Part shown: positions 1 to 8,775 of the stretch, piece after piece
Numbering within the stretch: position 1 is the stretch's first letter
Layout of the letters: each line of letters begins with the position of its first letter
Source of the DNA: a virus
Length of the DNA stretch: 64,000 nucleotides
IMG/VR virus record: IMGVR_UViG_3300010885_017276
Location: 32,001-96,000 of that record
Direction: 5' to 3' (one strand)
Translations under genes and position numbers: made by a program
Notes under the pieces: model-generated
Database searches by the model: none
Told to the model about the DNA's origin: nothing
What the model saw: the letters and a program-made list of their open reading frames with translations, nothing else

Positions 1-2
1 CA

Positions 3-371
3 GTGCCTGGAGGAGAAGCTTTGAAGTTTTATGCCTCTACTCGTGTTGATATTCGTAAAAGTAAAGGGGATGAAGACAAGGACGGTAATGTTATTAACAG
101 TCACGTAAAAGCAAAGACTGTCAAGAATAAATTAGCTGCACCTTTTCAAGTTACTAAGTTTGATATTATTTTTGGAGAGGGTATTGACAGAACAAGCGAG
201 ATCTTGGCAATTGGCGAAGATATCGGCATTATAGAAAAGAAAGGTTCTTGGTTTAACTACGGTGAAACTAAACTAGGTCAAGGTGGTAATAACGTAAAAG
301 ACATTTTGAAAGACAACCCGGAATTAGCTGAAGAGATCGAGGTAAAAATCAGAAAACACTTTAATATTTAG
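3..371 (+). CDS. recA: RecA recombinase, C-terminal part (5' end outside window)
   Basis: GGEALKFYASTRVDIR, KTVKNKLAAPF and KKGSWFNYGETKLGQG are RecA C-terminal signatures. Confidence 0.95.
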   Translation: MPGGEALKFYASTRVDIRKSKGDEDKDGNVINSHVKAKTVKNKLAAPFQVTKFDIIFGEGIDRTSEILAIGEDIGIIEKKGSWFNYGETKLGQGGNNVKDILKDNPELAEEIEVKIRKHFNI

Positions 372-373
372 TT

Positions 374-838
374 ATGTCAGTACACAGTTGGATGTATCAA
401 GGTTACCACATTAATAGTATTGATGATATGAAGAGATATTGCCCCAAGGTTTGGGGCTTTGTCTATAAACTAAAGCTTTGTAAAAAGAATACTAACGAAG
501 TAGAGTTTGAGTATATAGGTAAAAAAAATATCTACTCTAAACGTAAACGGGTTTTTGGTAAAAATGAAACCCTAGCTTTGAAAGACAAGCGTAAAAAAAA
601 TTACGAGTATATTATCAAAGAAGCAGACTGGAAAAATTACCTTTCTAGCAATAAGTTCATACAAACTAACGCTTCTAAGTTTGACATCTTTCGTGATATA
701 GTTATGTTTTCTACTAATGATAATGATTTGACTTATCAAGAAGCAAAAGAAATAATATGCTCAGACGCTTTGAACGACTGTAGATATTTGAACGATGGAG
801 TAAGTATAAGAAGATTTGGTAAAAATATAATAGATTAA
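374..838 (+). CDS. GIY-YIG family endonuclease-like protein
   Basis: GFVY...YIGKK motif followed by WKNYLSS, as in phage Seg-like GIY-YIG proteins. Confidence 0.6.
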   Translation: MSVHSWMYQGYHINSIDDMKRYCPKVWGFVYKLKLCKKNTNEVEFEYIGKKNIYSKRKRVFGKNETLALKDKRKKNYEYIIKEADWKNYLSSNKFIQTNASKFDIFRDIVMFSTNDNDLTYQEAKEIICSDALNDCRYLNDGVSIRRFGKNIID

Positions 839-1524
839 TGAAAACAGCAACACCCAAAGCAAAGCCGGTAAGAGAGCCCAGGATTATAAAGAACGATATT
901 AAGTATAAGGTAGTTCTTGATGAAGACCAAAAGAAAGTAAAAGAATCAATATTCGCAAGTGAAATTGTAGTAATTACAGGATATGCAGGTTCAGGAAAGT
1001 CCTTAGTTACAGCACAGACAGTATTAGACCTAGTATTCAAAAAGCAAGCCTACAATATATATGTTACTCGATCTGCTGTTGAGGTAGGTAAGTCCTTAGG
1101 GTTTCTCCCTGGTGAATTAGCAGATAAATTTGACCCCTATATCGAAGCATTCCGAGATAATTTGTACAAATGCTATGATAAGGATAAAGTGGACAAGCAT
1201 ATCAAAGATGGTCAAATACAAGGATTACCAGTACAGTATATACGTGGTAAAACAATTGATGGGGGTCAGATACTAGTAGTGGAGGAAGCCCAAAACTTGA
1301 CAAAGCACGAGATGCTAGCTATTCTGACACGCCTAGGAAAAGGCGGTAAGATTATTATCAACGGAGATAACGAGCAGAGTGATATTAAAGATACATACAC
1401 AGGTCTACATTACGTTATGGATCTAGCCAAGGCTATACCTGAGATAAAGTGGCATAAGTTGAAGTCAAATCACAGGTCTGAACTTATTTCTAAAATTTTA
1501 GACTACGAACATAAAAAAAAGTAA
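838..1524 (+). CDS. phoH: PhoH-like ATPase
   Basis: Walker A GYAGSGKS, LGFLPG, YIRGKT, VEEAQN, GDNEQSD and HRS motifs. Confidence 0.92.
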   Translation: MKTATPKAKPVREPRIIKNDIKYKVVLDEDQKKVKESIFASEIVVITGYAGSGKSLVTAQTVLDLVFKKQAYNIYVTRSAVEVGKSLGFLPGELADKFDPYIEAFRDNLYKCYDKDKVDKHIKDGQIQGLPVQYIRGKTIDGGQILVVEEAQNLTKHEMLAILTRLGKGGKIIINGDNEQSDIKDTYTGLHYVMDLAKAIPEIKWHKLKSNHRSELISKILDYEHKKK

Positions 1525-1530
1525 AATAGA

Positions 1531-1562
1531 TTTGGTAGATTAAAATATTTTTTGTACCTTTG
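1531..1562 (+). promoter_or_regulatory. Bacteroidota sigma-A promoter
   Basis: TTTG-N20-TACCTTTG (-33/-7 consensus). Confidence 0.8.
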
Positions 1563-1579
1563 TAGAGAAATTAAAAGAT

Positions 1580-1801
1580 ATGAGCGAAGAAGTAGTTTTC
1601 CAGTACTTTTTAAACGGAGAAAAAGTAGATAGAGAGATGATACCGTGGGGTGTAGACCACACCATAAAAGTATTAGATAGTACAGTTTATGTGACAACAA
1701 CCACATTTTCAGAAGGTTATCTAGCAACAAGGCATAAGGCTCCACCGGGAGGATTTGTTAATAAAACAAAAAAAGAAAAAGATGGTAAAGAAAAAGAGTA
1801 A
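1580..1801 (+). CDS. hypothetical protein
   Basis: ORF directly downstream of promoter. Confidence 0.6.
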   Translation: MSEEVVFQYFLNGEKVDREMIPWGVDHTIKVLDSTVYVTTTTFSEGYLATRHKAPPGGFVNKTKKEKDGKEKE

Positions 1802-2216
1802 TAGCATTGATCAATTTATTACACTTACGGTTATAAAGGCAAATATAAAAAAAGAAACAAAAGACAAACTTTTGGATTTGTTTAATAGACCTCTTGATAA
1901 TATAGAACCCATCAAAGACTCTTACGGAAGAGACGCAGATTTCTACAAAGACCTTGGAGTTGAACCTCCTGAAGAATTTACAATAGATTACGAAGACGAA
2001 GACTTTGAAGAGAGTACTTTTGAGATCGGAAAAGACGACTACGAAATTGTAGAAAGAACTGGTAAGTTCAGACCAGAAATAATCTCTTTTATTGTTGATA
2101 ACCAAGATACTGGTAGTACACTGTACATAAAATCAGACTTTTCTATCTCAGTAAAAGAGACCGCAGAAGAAATTGAACAAAAAATAAAATTAGTACAAAC
2201 CCAAAAAGAAAATTAA
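1755..2216 (+). CDS. hypothetical protein with weak FlbD-like C-terminus
   Basis: FITLT...F.PEIISFI...STLY...VKETAEEIEQKI pattern; start may be the ATG at 1782. Confidence 0.55.
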   Translation: MLIKQKKKKMVKKKSNSIDQFITLTVIKANIKKETKDKLLDLFNRPLDNIEPIKDSYGRDADFYKDLGVEPPEEFTIDYEDEDFEESTFEIGKDDYEIVERTGKFRPEIISFIVDNQDTGSTLYIKSDFSISVKETAEEIEQKIKLVQTQKEN

Positions 2217-2217
2217 A

Positions 2218-2925
2218 ATGACGTACAACAATTATTCATTCAGCTTAGGTAAAGGTAAATTTTACTTAAAAAGCAAAACTCCACAACAAGGTTACGAAGA
2301 AGTAATCTATGGAATGGAAAAAGACAAAGTAACATACCACAGGTATGTAGACAACATTAAAGGCACCTTGAAATACTTTGATGTGAAAGAAGTAGACTAC
2401 CAAGGAAAAAAACTTTCTTTTCTAGAAGTTAGTTTGGTTGACGGAGAAGTATCTAATAAAGTTTCTGTACCTTTGAAAAACTCAAAAGGAAACTACACAG
2501 ATGAAGTTAAGGCTATCTTGTCGTCTTTGAATAACGCAGAGGTAGGTGATGAGTACACAATGGCTATGCGTAAGACAGCGACTGTTGGTAAAAACGGAAA
2601 AGAGTATATAAACATTGTTTGTTACTTGAATTATGTAAACCAATTAGACGCAAACGGCAAAGGTGTATCAACAGGATATATCTCTTATGAAGATGTACCA
2701 AAACCAGAAAAGGATGAAGACGAAGATCTTGGAACTACTTGGAATTGGAAACCTGTTAACAAGTTCTACGCACAAAAAGTAAAAGAGATTCAAGCTAAGT
2801 TTCCAACTTATGCAAAAGCAGAAACTCCACAAGCAGAAGTAGTGCAAGAGACAGTACCTGCACCTGCAGTTGCTCAAGAGATTGCATTCCCAATGTTGGA
2901 AGAAGATGATGATTTACCTTTTTAA
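2218..2925 (+). CDS. single-stranded DNA-binding protein (probable)
   Basis: beta-rich body, flexible linker and acidic C-terminal tail EEDDDLPF. Confidence 0.7.
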   Translation: MTYNNYSFSLGKGKFYLKSKTPQQGYEEVIYGMEKDKVTYHRYVDNIKGTLKYFDVKEVDYQGKKLSFLEVSLVDGEVSNKVSVPLKNSKGNYTDEVKAILSSLNNAEVGDEYTMAMRKTATVGKNGKEYINIVCYLNYVNQLDANGKGVSTGYISYEDVPKPEKDEDEDLGTTWNWKPVNKFYAQKVKEIQAKFPTYAKAETPQAEVVQETVPAPAVAQEIAFPMLEEDDDLPF

Positions 2926-2956
2926 TAATATTAATAAACAATAACAGTAAATAAAA

Positions 2957-3361
2957 ATGACAACAGAACAAAAAAACCCAATGGATTACGGTTACTTAGG
3001 AACTGAAGAAGTAACAATTACATCAGCAGAGTTTATGCTATTGAAGCGTGCAGTAGAGCACGGTATTAATGCTACCTTAGAGACTTACTTACCAGAAGTT
3101 ACAAAATATGTTAACATAGAGACTTCTGAATTAGTAGATGAGTTTACTGAAGAAGACTTGACATCAGGCAAAATTGTATTAGTGACAGATAGAGAGGCTA
3201 CATTTAGTCCTAAAAATGTTAAATACCAGTATAACTCAAAGATTACTCCGGATATGGTTCAAAGCCAAGAGCTTATTATGAAGATCCATGAGAGAAATGT
3301 AGAAATGGGTATAGCTAAAAGTGTAGAAGAATTAGAAGCTTTAAAAGAAGAAAAAAAATAG
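2957..3361 (+). CDS. hypothetical protein
   Basis: ORF in operon with genome-typical codon use. Confidence 0.7.
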   Translation: MTTEQKNPMDYGYLGTEEVTITSAEFMLLKRAVEHGINATLETYLPEVTKYVNIETSELVDEFTEEDLTSGKIVLVTDREATFSPKNVKYQYNSKITPDMVQSQELIMKIHERNVEMGIAKSVEELEALKEEKK

Positions 3362-3670
3362 ATGAAAGGACATGAGGTAATCTCTCTGTACTTGAAACAA
3401 AATCTAAGTCTTATAAAAGAGCAATTGGGGGAGGGGTGTAAGCATCTCTCCTTTTCTAAGGAAAAATCATTTAATCCTGAGACTAATCAATACGAGACGT
3501 ATGATGCTTTTGACGCAGTGATGTATAATGATTTTAATGGTACAGACAGAGTGAAATACAGAATAGACAAACCTCTTGCACAATTGAACCAAGATGATTT
3601 TCACAGTCTTATGTTTAATCTAAATAGCAGATCTTATGAAGGAGATGGAGGAAATAGAGAGACAGTATAA
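3362..3670 (+). CDS. hypothetical protein
   Basis: ORF abutting upstream stop. Confidence 0.65.
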   Translation: MKGHEVISLYLKQNLSLIKEQLGEGCKHLSFSKEKSFNPETNQYETYDAFDAVMYNDFNGTDRVKYRIDKPLAQLNQDDFHSLMFNLNSRSYEGDGGNRETV

Positions 3671-3830
3671 CATGTTTGTCGATACAGGGGATTTAAGATT
3701 ATTATTTCCCTCTATGACAGGCACTTGGGAAAAAGACAAAAGAAGATTTACTATTTTATGGCAAGATAGTCAAAGATTGTTAGAGGACGCAGGAGATTTT
3801 TACGTAGAAAACATAAATACAGAAGAATAA
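3636..3830 (+). CDS. hypothetical protein
   Basis: ORF fills the gap before groEL. Confidence 0.6.
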   Translation: MKEMEEIERQYNMFVDTGDLRLLFPSMTGTWEKDKRRFTILWQDSQRLLEDAGDFYVENINTEE

Positions 3831-3833
3831 AAG

Positions 3834-5375
3834 ATGTTACAAATAGGAAAAGAAGCTAAAGAATCTTTAGTAAGAGGTATAAACACTGTTGCAGATGCAG
3901 TCAAGACCACAATGGGTGCAGAAGGCAAGACAGTAATTATCAGAAACAAGATGGGGTTCAACCCACATGTTACGAAGGATGGAGTTACCGTTGCTGAAAG
4001 TATTGAATTAGAAGATGAGTACGAAGAGCTTGGAGCCAAGCTGATTAAGTCTGCAGCACGAAGAACTGTTGACATGGTTGGTGATGGAACTACAACATCT
4101 ACTGTTATCACACAAGAACTAGTAAACAAAGGCCTAGAAAAATTAGAAAGCGGTATGTCTCACGTTGAGCTACGTGAAGGAATGCAAATAGGCCTGCAAG
4201 ATGTTATCGTTGCACTTCATTCTTTGAAGAAGGAAGTTCACGACAAAGAAATAAAGCAAATTGCTACGATCTCTGCAAACAACGATGTTGTTCTTGGTGG
4301 TATCATTGCTGATATTTACAAAAAGATTGGCTCTGAGGGGACTATAGACGTTCAGGAGGGTGTAAGTAAGGATACAGATGTAGCTTATATCGAAGGCATG
4401 TCTTTAGACAGAGGATGGGCGTTACCCCACTTTGTTACAGACGAGCATACAATGACAGCTATGATGGAAGACGTATTAGTTATGATTTATGATGGTAAGA
4501 TTAATGCTATTACTGATGTAGCCAGTTCTGTTAGGAAAGCACAAGCAGAAGGTAAAGGGTTGTTAATTTTTGCTGAGGATATTGACGAAGGTGTTATGAC
4601 TATGCTTGTTAAGAGTAAGATGCAAGGTACCTTCAGAGTTGTAGCCTGTATGAATCCTGATTTTGGAGCTAACAGAACTAACATTTTGAATGACTTAGCT
4701 GTTTTTACCTCAGCCGAGGTGTTTACTCCTAAGTTTTCTACTGAGGTTAAGCTAGGTTTTGCTAAAAAGATCATTGCTGACAAATCAAGAACAGTTGTAA
4801 TTGTAGAGGATACCGATACAGCCAAATTAAAGGAAAGAATCGAGACTATTTCACAACAAATCCAGAATACAGACGATGTTATAGACCTAGATAAGCTTAA
4901 TAAACGAATGGCTAACCTAAAGAACTCAGTTGCGGTGGTCACTGTTGGAGGTATGAATGGATTAGAGGTCAAAGAACGTAAGGATCGGATTGATGATGCG
5001 GTAAGTGCAGTTAAATCTGCTTTAGAAGGTGGATTTGTAGCTGGTGGAGGTTCAACATTGTTGTTTATTTCTAAGTATAGAATGCGTAGAACCCTGAAAG
5101 GTGGTCAAAAAGACGGTTACAGCTTGATCAAGGAGGCTATCCAGAAGCCGTTTGAGCAAATCTTGTTGAATGCAGGTCTTGAAAAGGACAAGTACTCCCG
5201 TAAGGTTAGCAAATATGGCAAAGGTGTCAATGTTAAGACTCGTAAGGTCGAAAACTTGCTAGACAAAGGTGTTATTGACTCTGCTAAGGTGGTAGAGGTG
5301 TCTCTAGAGAACGCAAATTCTATTGCTTGCTTGGTTCTACAGACAGATTGTTTAATTTCAGGTAAAGGTTTATAG
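3834..5375 (+). CDS. groEL: group I chaperonin GroEL (phage-type, no GGM tail)
   Basis: VTKDGVTVA, GDGTTTSTV, GFVAGGG and VIDSAKV motifs. Confidence 0.95.
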   Translation: MLQIGKEAKESLVRGINTVADAVKTTMGAEGKTVIIRNKMGFNPHVTKDGVTVAESIELEDEYEELGAKLIKSAARRTVDMVGDGTTTSTVITQELVNKGLEKLESGMSHVELREGMQIGLQDVIVALHSLKKEVHDKEIKQIATISANNDVVLGGIIADIYKKIGSEGTIDVQEGVSKDTDVAYIEGMSLDRGWALPHFVTDEHTMTAMMEDVLVMIYDGKINAITDVASSVRKAQAEGKGLLIFAEDIDEGVMTMLVKSKMQGTFRVVACMNPDFGANRTNILNDLAVFTSAEVFTPKFSTEVKLGFAKKIIADKSRTVVIVEDTDTAKLKERIETISQQIQNTDDVIDLDKLNKRMANLKNSVAVVTVGGMNGLEVKERKDRIDDAVSAVKSALEGGFVAGGGSTLLFISKYRMRRTLKGGQKDGYSLIKEAIQKPFEQILLNAGLEKDKYSRKVSKYGKGVNVKTRKVENLLDKGVIDSAKVVEVSLENANSIACLVLQTDCLISGKGL

Positions 5376-5376
5376 T

Positions 5377-5628
5377 ATGGGCATACCATTATTCAAAAGA
5401 GTATTACTAGCAGTTGAAAAGCTAGAAGAAAACAAGGACTTCTTTTCCGAGGAAGAGACAAAAAAACCAAAGGTTACCATTATAAGTATGGCGGATGATT
5501 GTGACTTGCCAAAGTCAGCTATTGGAAGAGAGGTCCTATTTAATGGTGTTATCAACGAGGTGGTAGAGGAAGACGACAAGCAAAAGGTTGTTTTGACTCA
5601 CGAAACTAATCTGTTGATGTTGGTCTAG
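5377..5628 (+). CDS. divergent GroES-like co-chaperonin
   Basis: PLFKRVLL resembles the GroES N-terminal PLxDRVLV; 83 aa; adjacent to groEL. Confidence 0.6.
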   Translation: MGIPLFKRVLLAVEKLEENKDFFSEEETKKPKVTIISMADDCDLPKSAIGREVLFNGVINEVVEEDDKQKVVLTHETNLLMLV

Positions 5629-5630
5629 AG

Positions 5631-5864
5631 ATGAAAAAGAGTTTTATCCAGATGGTAAATAAGCATGGTAACGGTAACTACCCAATGGATTGGTTTTACC
5701 GTTACTTTACTGAAAAGTCCAATAGTAGACTAGACCCTAATATATTTGCACAATTGTTTATTAGTCTAAATCTAGACGAGACTCTGGCACATGTAGCTAA
5801 GGAGCTAGGAGTTGGAATAGTATATAAAGGCGACAAGATAGTTGCAGCATTTGAATTATCATGA
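5631..5864 (+). CDS. hypothetical protein
   Basis: ORF in operon with ATGA overlap. Confidence 0.65.
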   Translation: MKKSFIQMVNKHGNGNYPMDWFYRYFTEKSNSRLDPNIFAQLFISLNLDETLAHVAKELGVGIVYKGDKIVAAFELS

Positions 5865-6388
5865 AAAAAGAAAGAAAAGAGTTAGTAGTTGTAAAGGAGG
5901 AAGAGTACAGATTGATGAACAATCTTGTGGTGGATCTACTAGAGAAAAATCATAACTCCGAGAACACAACAATAGTAGCAGTATCTACTGACTACTCGTC
6001 TATGATAGGTCAGTACCTACGTCACCAGTTATCGATTAATGGTGAGATATGTTCGGGCTTTGGGGTGGATGTACCATACCCAGACCAGGAATTTGACCAG
6101 GAGTTTGAGCAAGCAGTTGTAGATATGTTTTCTATGTATTACCATGACTGGTCCAAAAAGAAATATATCCTTCTGGTAGAAGCAGGCGTAATAAGAGGAG
6201 GCAACTACACAAAAATAGTCGAGATTCTAAGGAAAAACTTCCAACTGTTACCAGACCGTGTGATAACTCTGACGATGTACGAGAACATTCATAGTAAGTT
6301 CAAGTCAAACTTTGTCGGGGAGTACTACGACAACGAAACACAAGACCTGACCTTCTGGTGGGAAAACTATAACAAGCACTGGGACTAA
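5861..6388 (+). CDS. type I phosphoribosyltransferase-like protein
   Basis: ILLVEAGVIRGGN resembles the PRPP-binding loop; C-terminal FWWE resembles the purine PRTase xPWE. Confidence 0.55.
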   Translation: MKKERKELVVVKEEEYRLMNNLVVDLLEKNHNSENTTIVAVSTDYSSMIGQYLRHQLSINGEICSGFGVDVPYPDQEFDQEFEQAVVDMFSMYYHDWSKKKYILLVEAGVIRGGNYTKIVEILRKNFQLLPDRVITLTMYENIHSKFKSNFVGEYYDNETQDLTFWWENYNKHWD

Positions 6389-6392
6389 TATA

Positions 6393-6809
6393 ATGGAACT
6401 TATATCAACGCATCCGATCAAGAAGTCTGATCTAGGTTTCCACGGTAATCTTTTTGGGGGTAAGCTATTAGCATGGATGGACGCAGCAGCCGCAGCATTT
6501 GCAATGCAGACTTGCGATACTCCCAGGATGGTTACAGTTATGATAGATAAGTGTTTGTTCAAAAAACCAGCAAAGGAAGGACAGCTAATCAAGATATACG
6601 GAGAAGTATCCCAGATAGGTAACACATCCATTACAATATATATGGAGGCTCGGTCTCACAATGTATATTCAGGACTACAGTCTACTATACTTTCGACAGA
6701 GATGAAGTTTGTAAGAATAGACGAGGGGGGAGACCCAATACCAATCTTAGAAAAGGTAAAAATAAAATACAGTCAGGTGGCGAAATTGGTAGACGCAGAT
6801 CGTAGGTAG
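6393..6809 (+). CDS. acyl-CoA thioesterase (hotdog fold, YciA-like)
   Basis: DLGFHGNLFGGKLLAWMD, FKKPAKEG, GNTSI and FVRIDEGG.P motifs. Confidence 0.85.
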   Translation: MELISTHPIKKSDLGFHGNLFGGKLLAWMDAAAAAFAMQTCDTPRMVTVMIDKCLFKKPAKEGQLIKIYGEVSQIGNTSITIYMEARSHNVYSGLQSTILSTEMKFVRIDEGGDPIPILEKVKIKYSQVAKLVDADRR

Positions 6810-6870
6810 CATCATTTACAATCAGCCTTAAACGTGGTAAATATTATAGGTTCGAATCCTATCCTGACAA
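6771..6870 (+). ncRNA. tRNA-like RNA with Leu/Ser-type D and T arms but aberrant anticodon region
   Basis: acceptor GTCAGG/CCTGAC, D arm GCG-AAATTGGTAGA-CGC, T arm ATAGG-TTCGAAT-CCTAT; the 48 nt between lack a canonical anticodon arm. Confidence 0.7.
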
Positions 6871-6872
6871 AC

Positions 6873-6946
6873 GTCCTCATAGCTCAGTCGGTTAGAGCAA
6901 ATGACTCATAATCATTAGGTCGCAGGTTCGAGCCCTGCTGGGGACA
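6873..6946 (+). tRNA. tRNA with CAT anticodon, probably Ile2 (lysidine) rather than Met
   Basis: full cloverleaf GTCCTCA/TGGGGAC; anticodon arm AATGA-CTCATAA-TCATT; GACTCATAATC context as in Ile2; CCA not encoded. Confidence 0.9.
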
Positions 6947-6978
6947 CTGGACTAAACTAAACTAAAAAAATAATAAAA

Positions 6979-7230
6979 ATGGAATCGGGAATACAAACAA
7001 TCAAATTCTGGGCTGAATGGTGCGGTCCATGTCGAGTAATGAAACAACAGCTAGAGGGTCTAGAGATGGCTAGCGTAAATGTGGATGATGATCCTGATGG
7101 TCTATCGGCTAAATACAAGATCCGGCAGCTACCCACAATAGTCTTCTTGAAAGATGACCAAGAAGTCTACAGACAAACCGGGCTAATAACAAAACAAGCT
7201 TACCTAGATATCATAGAAACCTTAAAGTAG
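6979..7230 (+). CDS. trxA: thioredoxin
   Basis: WCGPC active site and cis-Pro motif QLPT. Confidence 0.93.
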   Translation: MESGIQTIKFWAEWCGPCRVMKQQLEGLEMASVNVDDDPDGLSAKYKIRQLPTIVFLKDDQEVYRQTGLITKQAYLDIIETLK

Positions 7231-7236
7231 TAAAAG

Positions 7237-7734
7237 ATGGACAAACTACCAAGACATACCTGTATCTTTAGCGATAGCATAGACGCAGAAACAGTACAAT
7301 CACTAGTAGATACACTATCAGTACACGACAAAATAGACCTCTTCTTTACAACCTCTGGGGGGGAGACCTTCGCTATGGAAGCCTTGATCCACTATTTAAA
7401 CGCCCGGAAAAAAGACATCGAGGTATACCTAACAGACGTAGTAGCATCCTGTGGTGCATTCATACTAGTAGACTTCCAAGGTAAAGTACACCTATCAGAA
7501 AGTCTAGAATGTATACTGTTCCATGTAGCAGACCGTATGTTATACACGCAAAGAAAAAACGACCTGGAAATAAAAACGCTGAAAGAACAAGTAAAAGAAT
7601 ACAACACACTATACGCAGATAAGTTCAAAAGTCTAGGATTTACAGTAAAAGAAATAATACAGTACAAACAAGGCAAAGATGTAATACTATACCGTAAGGA
7701 CTTCCACAGACTAATACTCCCCCAAGCAAAATGA
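7237..7734 (+). CDS. ClpP-like peptidase
   Basis: IDLFFTTSGG, VASCG (nucleophile Ser position) and ILFH (His), spaced as in ClpP. Confidence 0.7.
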   Translation: MDKLPRHTCIFSDSIDAETVQSLVDTLSVHDKIDLFFTTSGGETFAMEALIHYLNARKKDIEVYLTDVVASCGAFILVDFQGKVHLSESLECILFHVADRMLYTQRKNDLEIKTLKEQVKEYNTLYADKFKSLGFTVKEIIQYKQGKDVILYRKDFHRLILPQAK

Positions 7735-7902
7735 TAGTGTTCCTAATAATATACCTAATAACAAACTCTCTGCTATTCGGACTAGTATCGCTGTTCCATA
7801 ACCCAGCACAAAACATACGATACCTTTTCTACGGTATACTGATAGTACTCTGGGAGTTCTTCCAGAAAGACCCACCCCCTAATACCAAGGACTAATAAAC
7901 AC

Positions 7903-7934
7903 CCCCCCTAGCCAAGACCACTAGGGGTTTTTTT
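7903..7934 (+). terminator. intrinsic terminator
   Basis: CCCCCTAG/CTAGGGGG stem followed by T-tract. Confidence 0.75.
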
Positions 7935-8548
7935 ATACCCCCCCCTATATAGTAAAGCACTTGAGGAATTGAGTAGTAAAAACCATGGGGGAATAGCAAA
8001 AAACTGTGGGGGGATGAAAAGCAAAAATTGTCGTAGAAAAAACTGGGGGGGCAAAATTGACCATATATACAAACGTGCGTATCCTCCTTAGGAAAAAAGC
8101 TGCCAAAAAATTGGGGTTTTTACCCCACCCCCCCTATTGTGCCACAAAAAAAAGTTTTTGGCTTAGAGGGCCTCTAAAAGGTTTTGACTTTTCCAAGATA
8201 TTTTTATACTATTTATCTATCATGTACTGCTGTACTATAGATATATACTATACTGTACTTTTTGTGGGCTTGGCTTGGCTTGGGATCTAAGCCGGCTTGT
8301 TTAGACTGAGTATAAATAAACAATGATAATACAAATTTTAACATTTGTTTTTTGGTCAGTAATCCGGATTAACAGGTATAATCCTGAGCCCTTTATTCAT
8401 CGGTATTTTCGATTTAAGACACTTTTTTATACTAGGTGATACTTGGATACCAAACGACTATTAAAGTGGCTTAGAACGTCTTATTTAGCCTTATAGGGGC
8501 TGTTGCTATATAGCGGCCAATTACTAGTAATAGCACGGTAATCGCCTT

Positions 8549-8567
8549 ATTTAGAATGATTCTAAAT
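8549..8567. promoter_or_regulatory. 19-bp palindrome, Fur-box-like
   Basis: ATTTAGAAT-G-ATTCTAAAT perfect 9-1-9 inverted repeat upstream of the first early promoter; recurs at 15095. Confidence 0.6.
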
Positions 8568-8589
8568 TTAAAAAAAAGTTTACTTTGTA

Positions 8590-8620
8590 TTAGTTTATTT
8601 AAAACTTATTCTTACATTTG
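8590..8620 (+). promoter_or_regulatory. sigma-A promoter of first early transcript
   Basis: -7 TACATTTG at 8613-8620; weak -33 (TTAG). Confidence 0.6.
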
Positions 8621-8689
8621 TAGTGTTGAAAGCGACTAGTTAGCGGCAGGGTTGGAAGCACCACAAAGCACTAGTGTTAGCACGAATAG

Positions 8690-8716
8690 GCCGAAAGGCG
8701 GAGCTCATTGACATAT
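8690..8716 (+). promoter_or_regulatory. nut-like antitermination site (boxB-boxA)
   Basis: GCC-GAAA-GGC GNRA hairpin immediately followed by GCTCATTGACATAT, which resembles rrn boxA. Confidence 0.5.
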
Positions 8717-8775
8717 CGGATAAGGTGATACGGCCTACCTACACAAGTGGCCGTTACTCTTTAAACTTCATAAAT

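Noticed and set aside
3427-3457. Terminator-like hairpin GGGGAGGGGTG-TAAG-CATCTCTCC-TTTT
   Set aside because: It lies inside an apparently genuine CDS in a tightly coupled operon and cannot be told from chance without RNA data.
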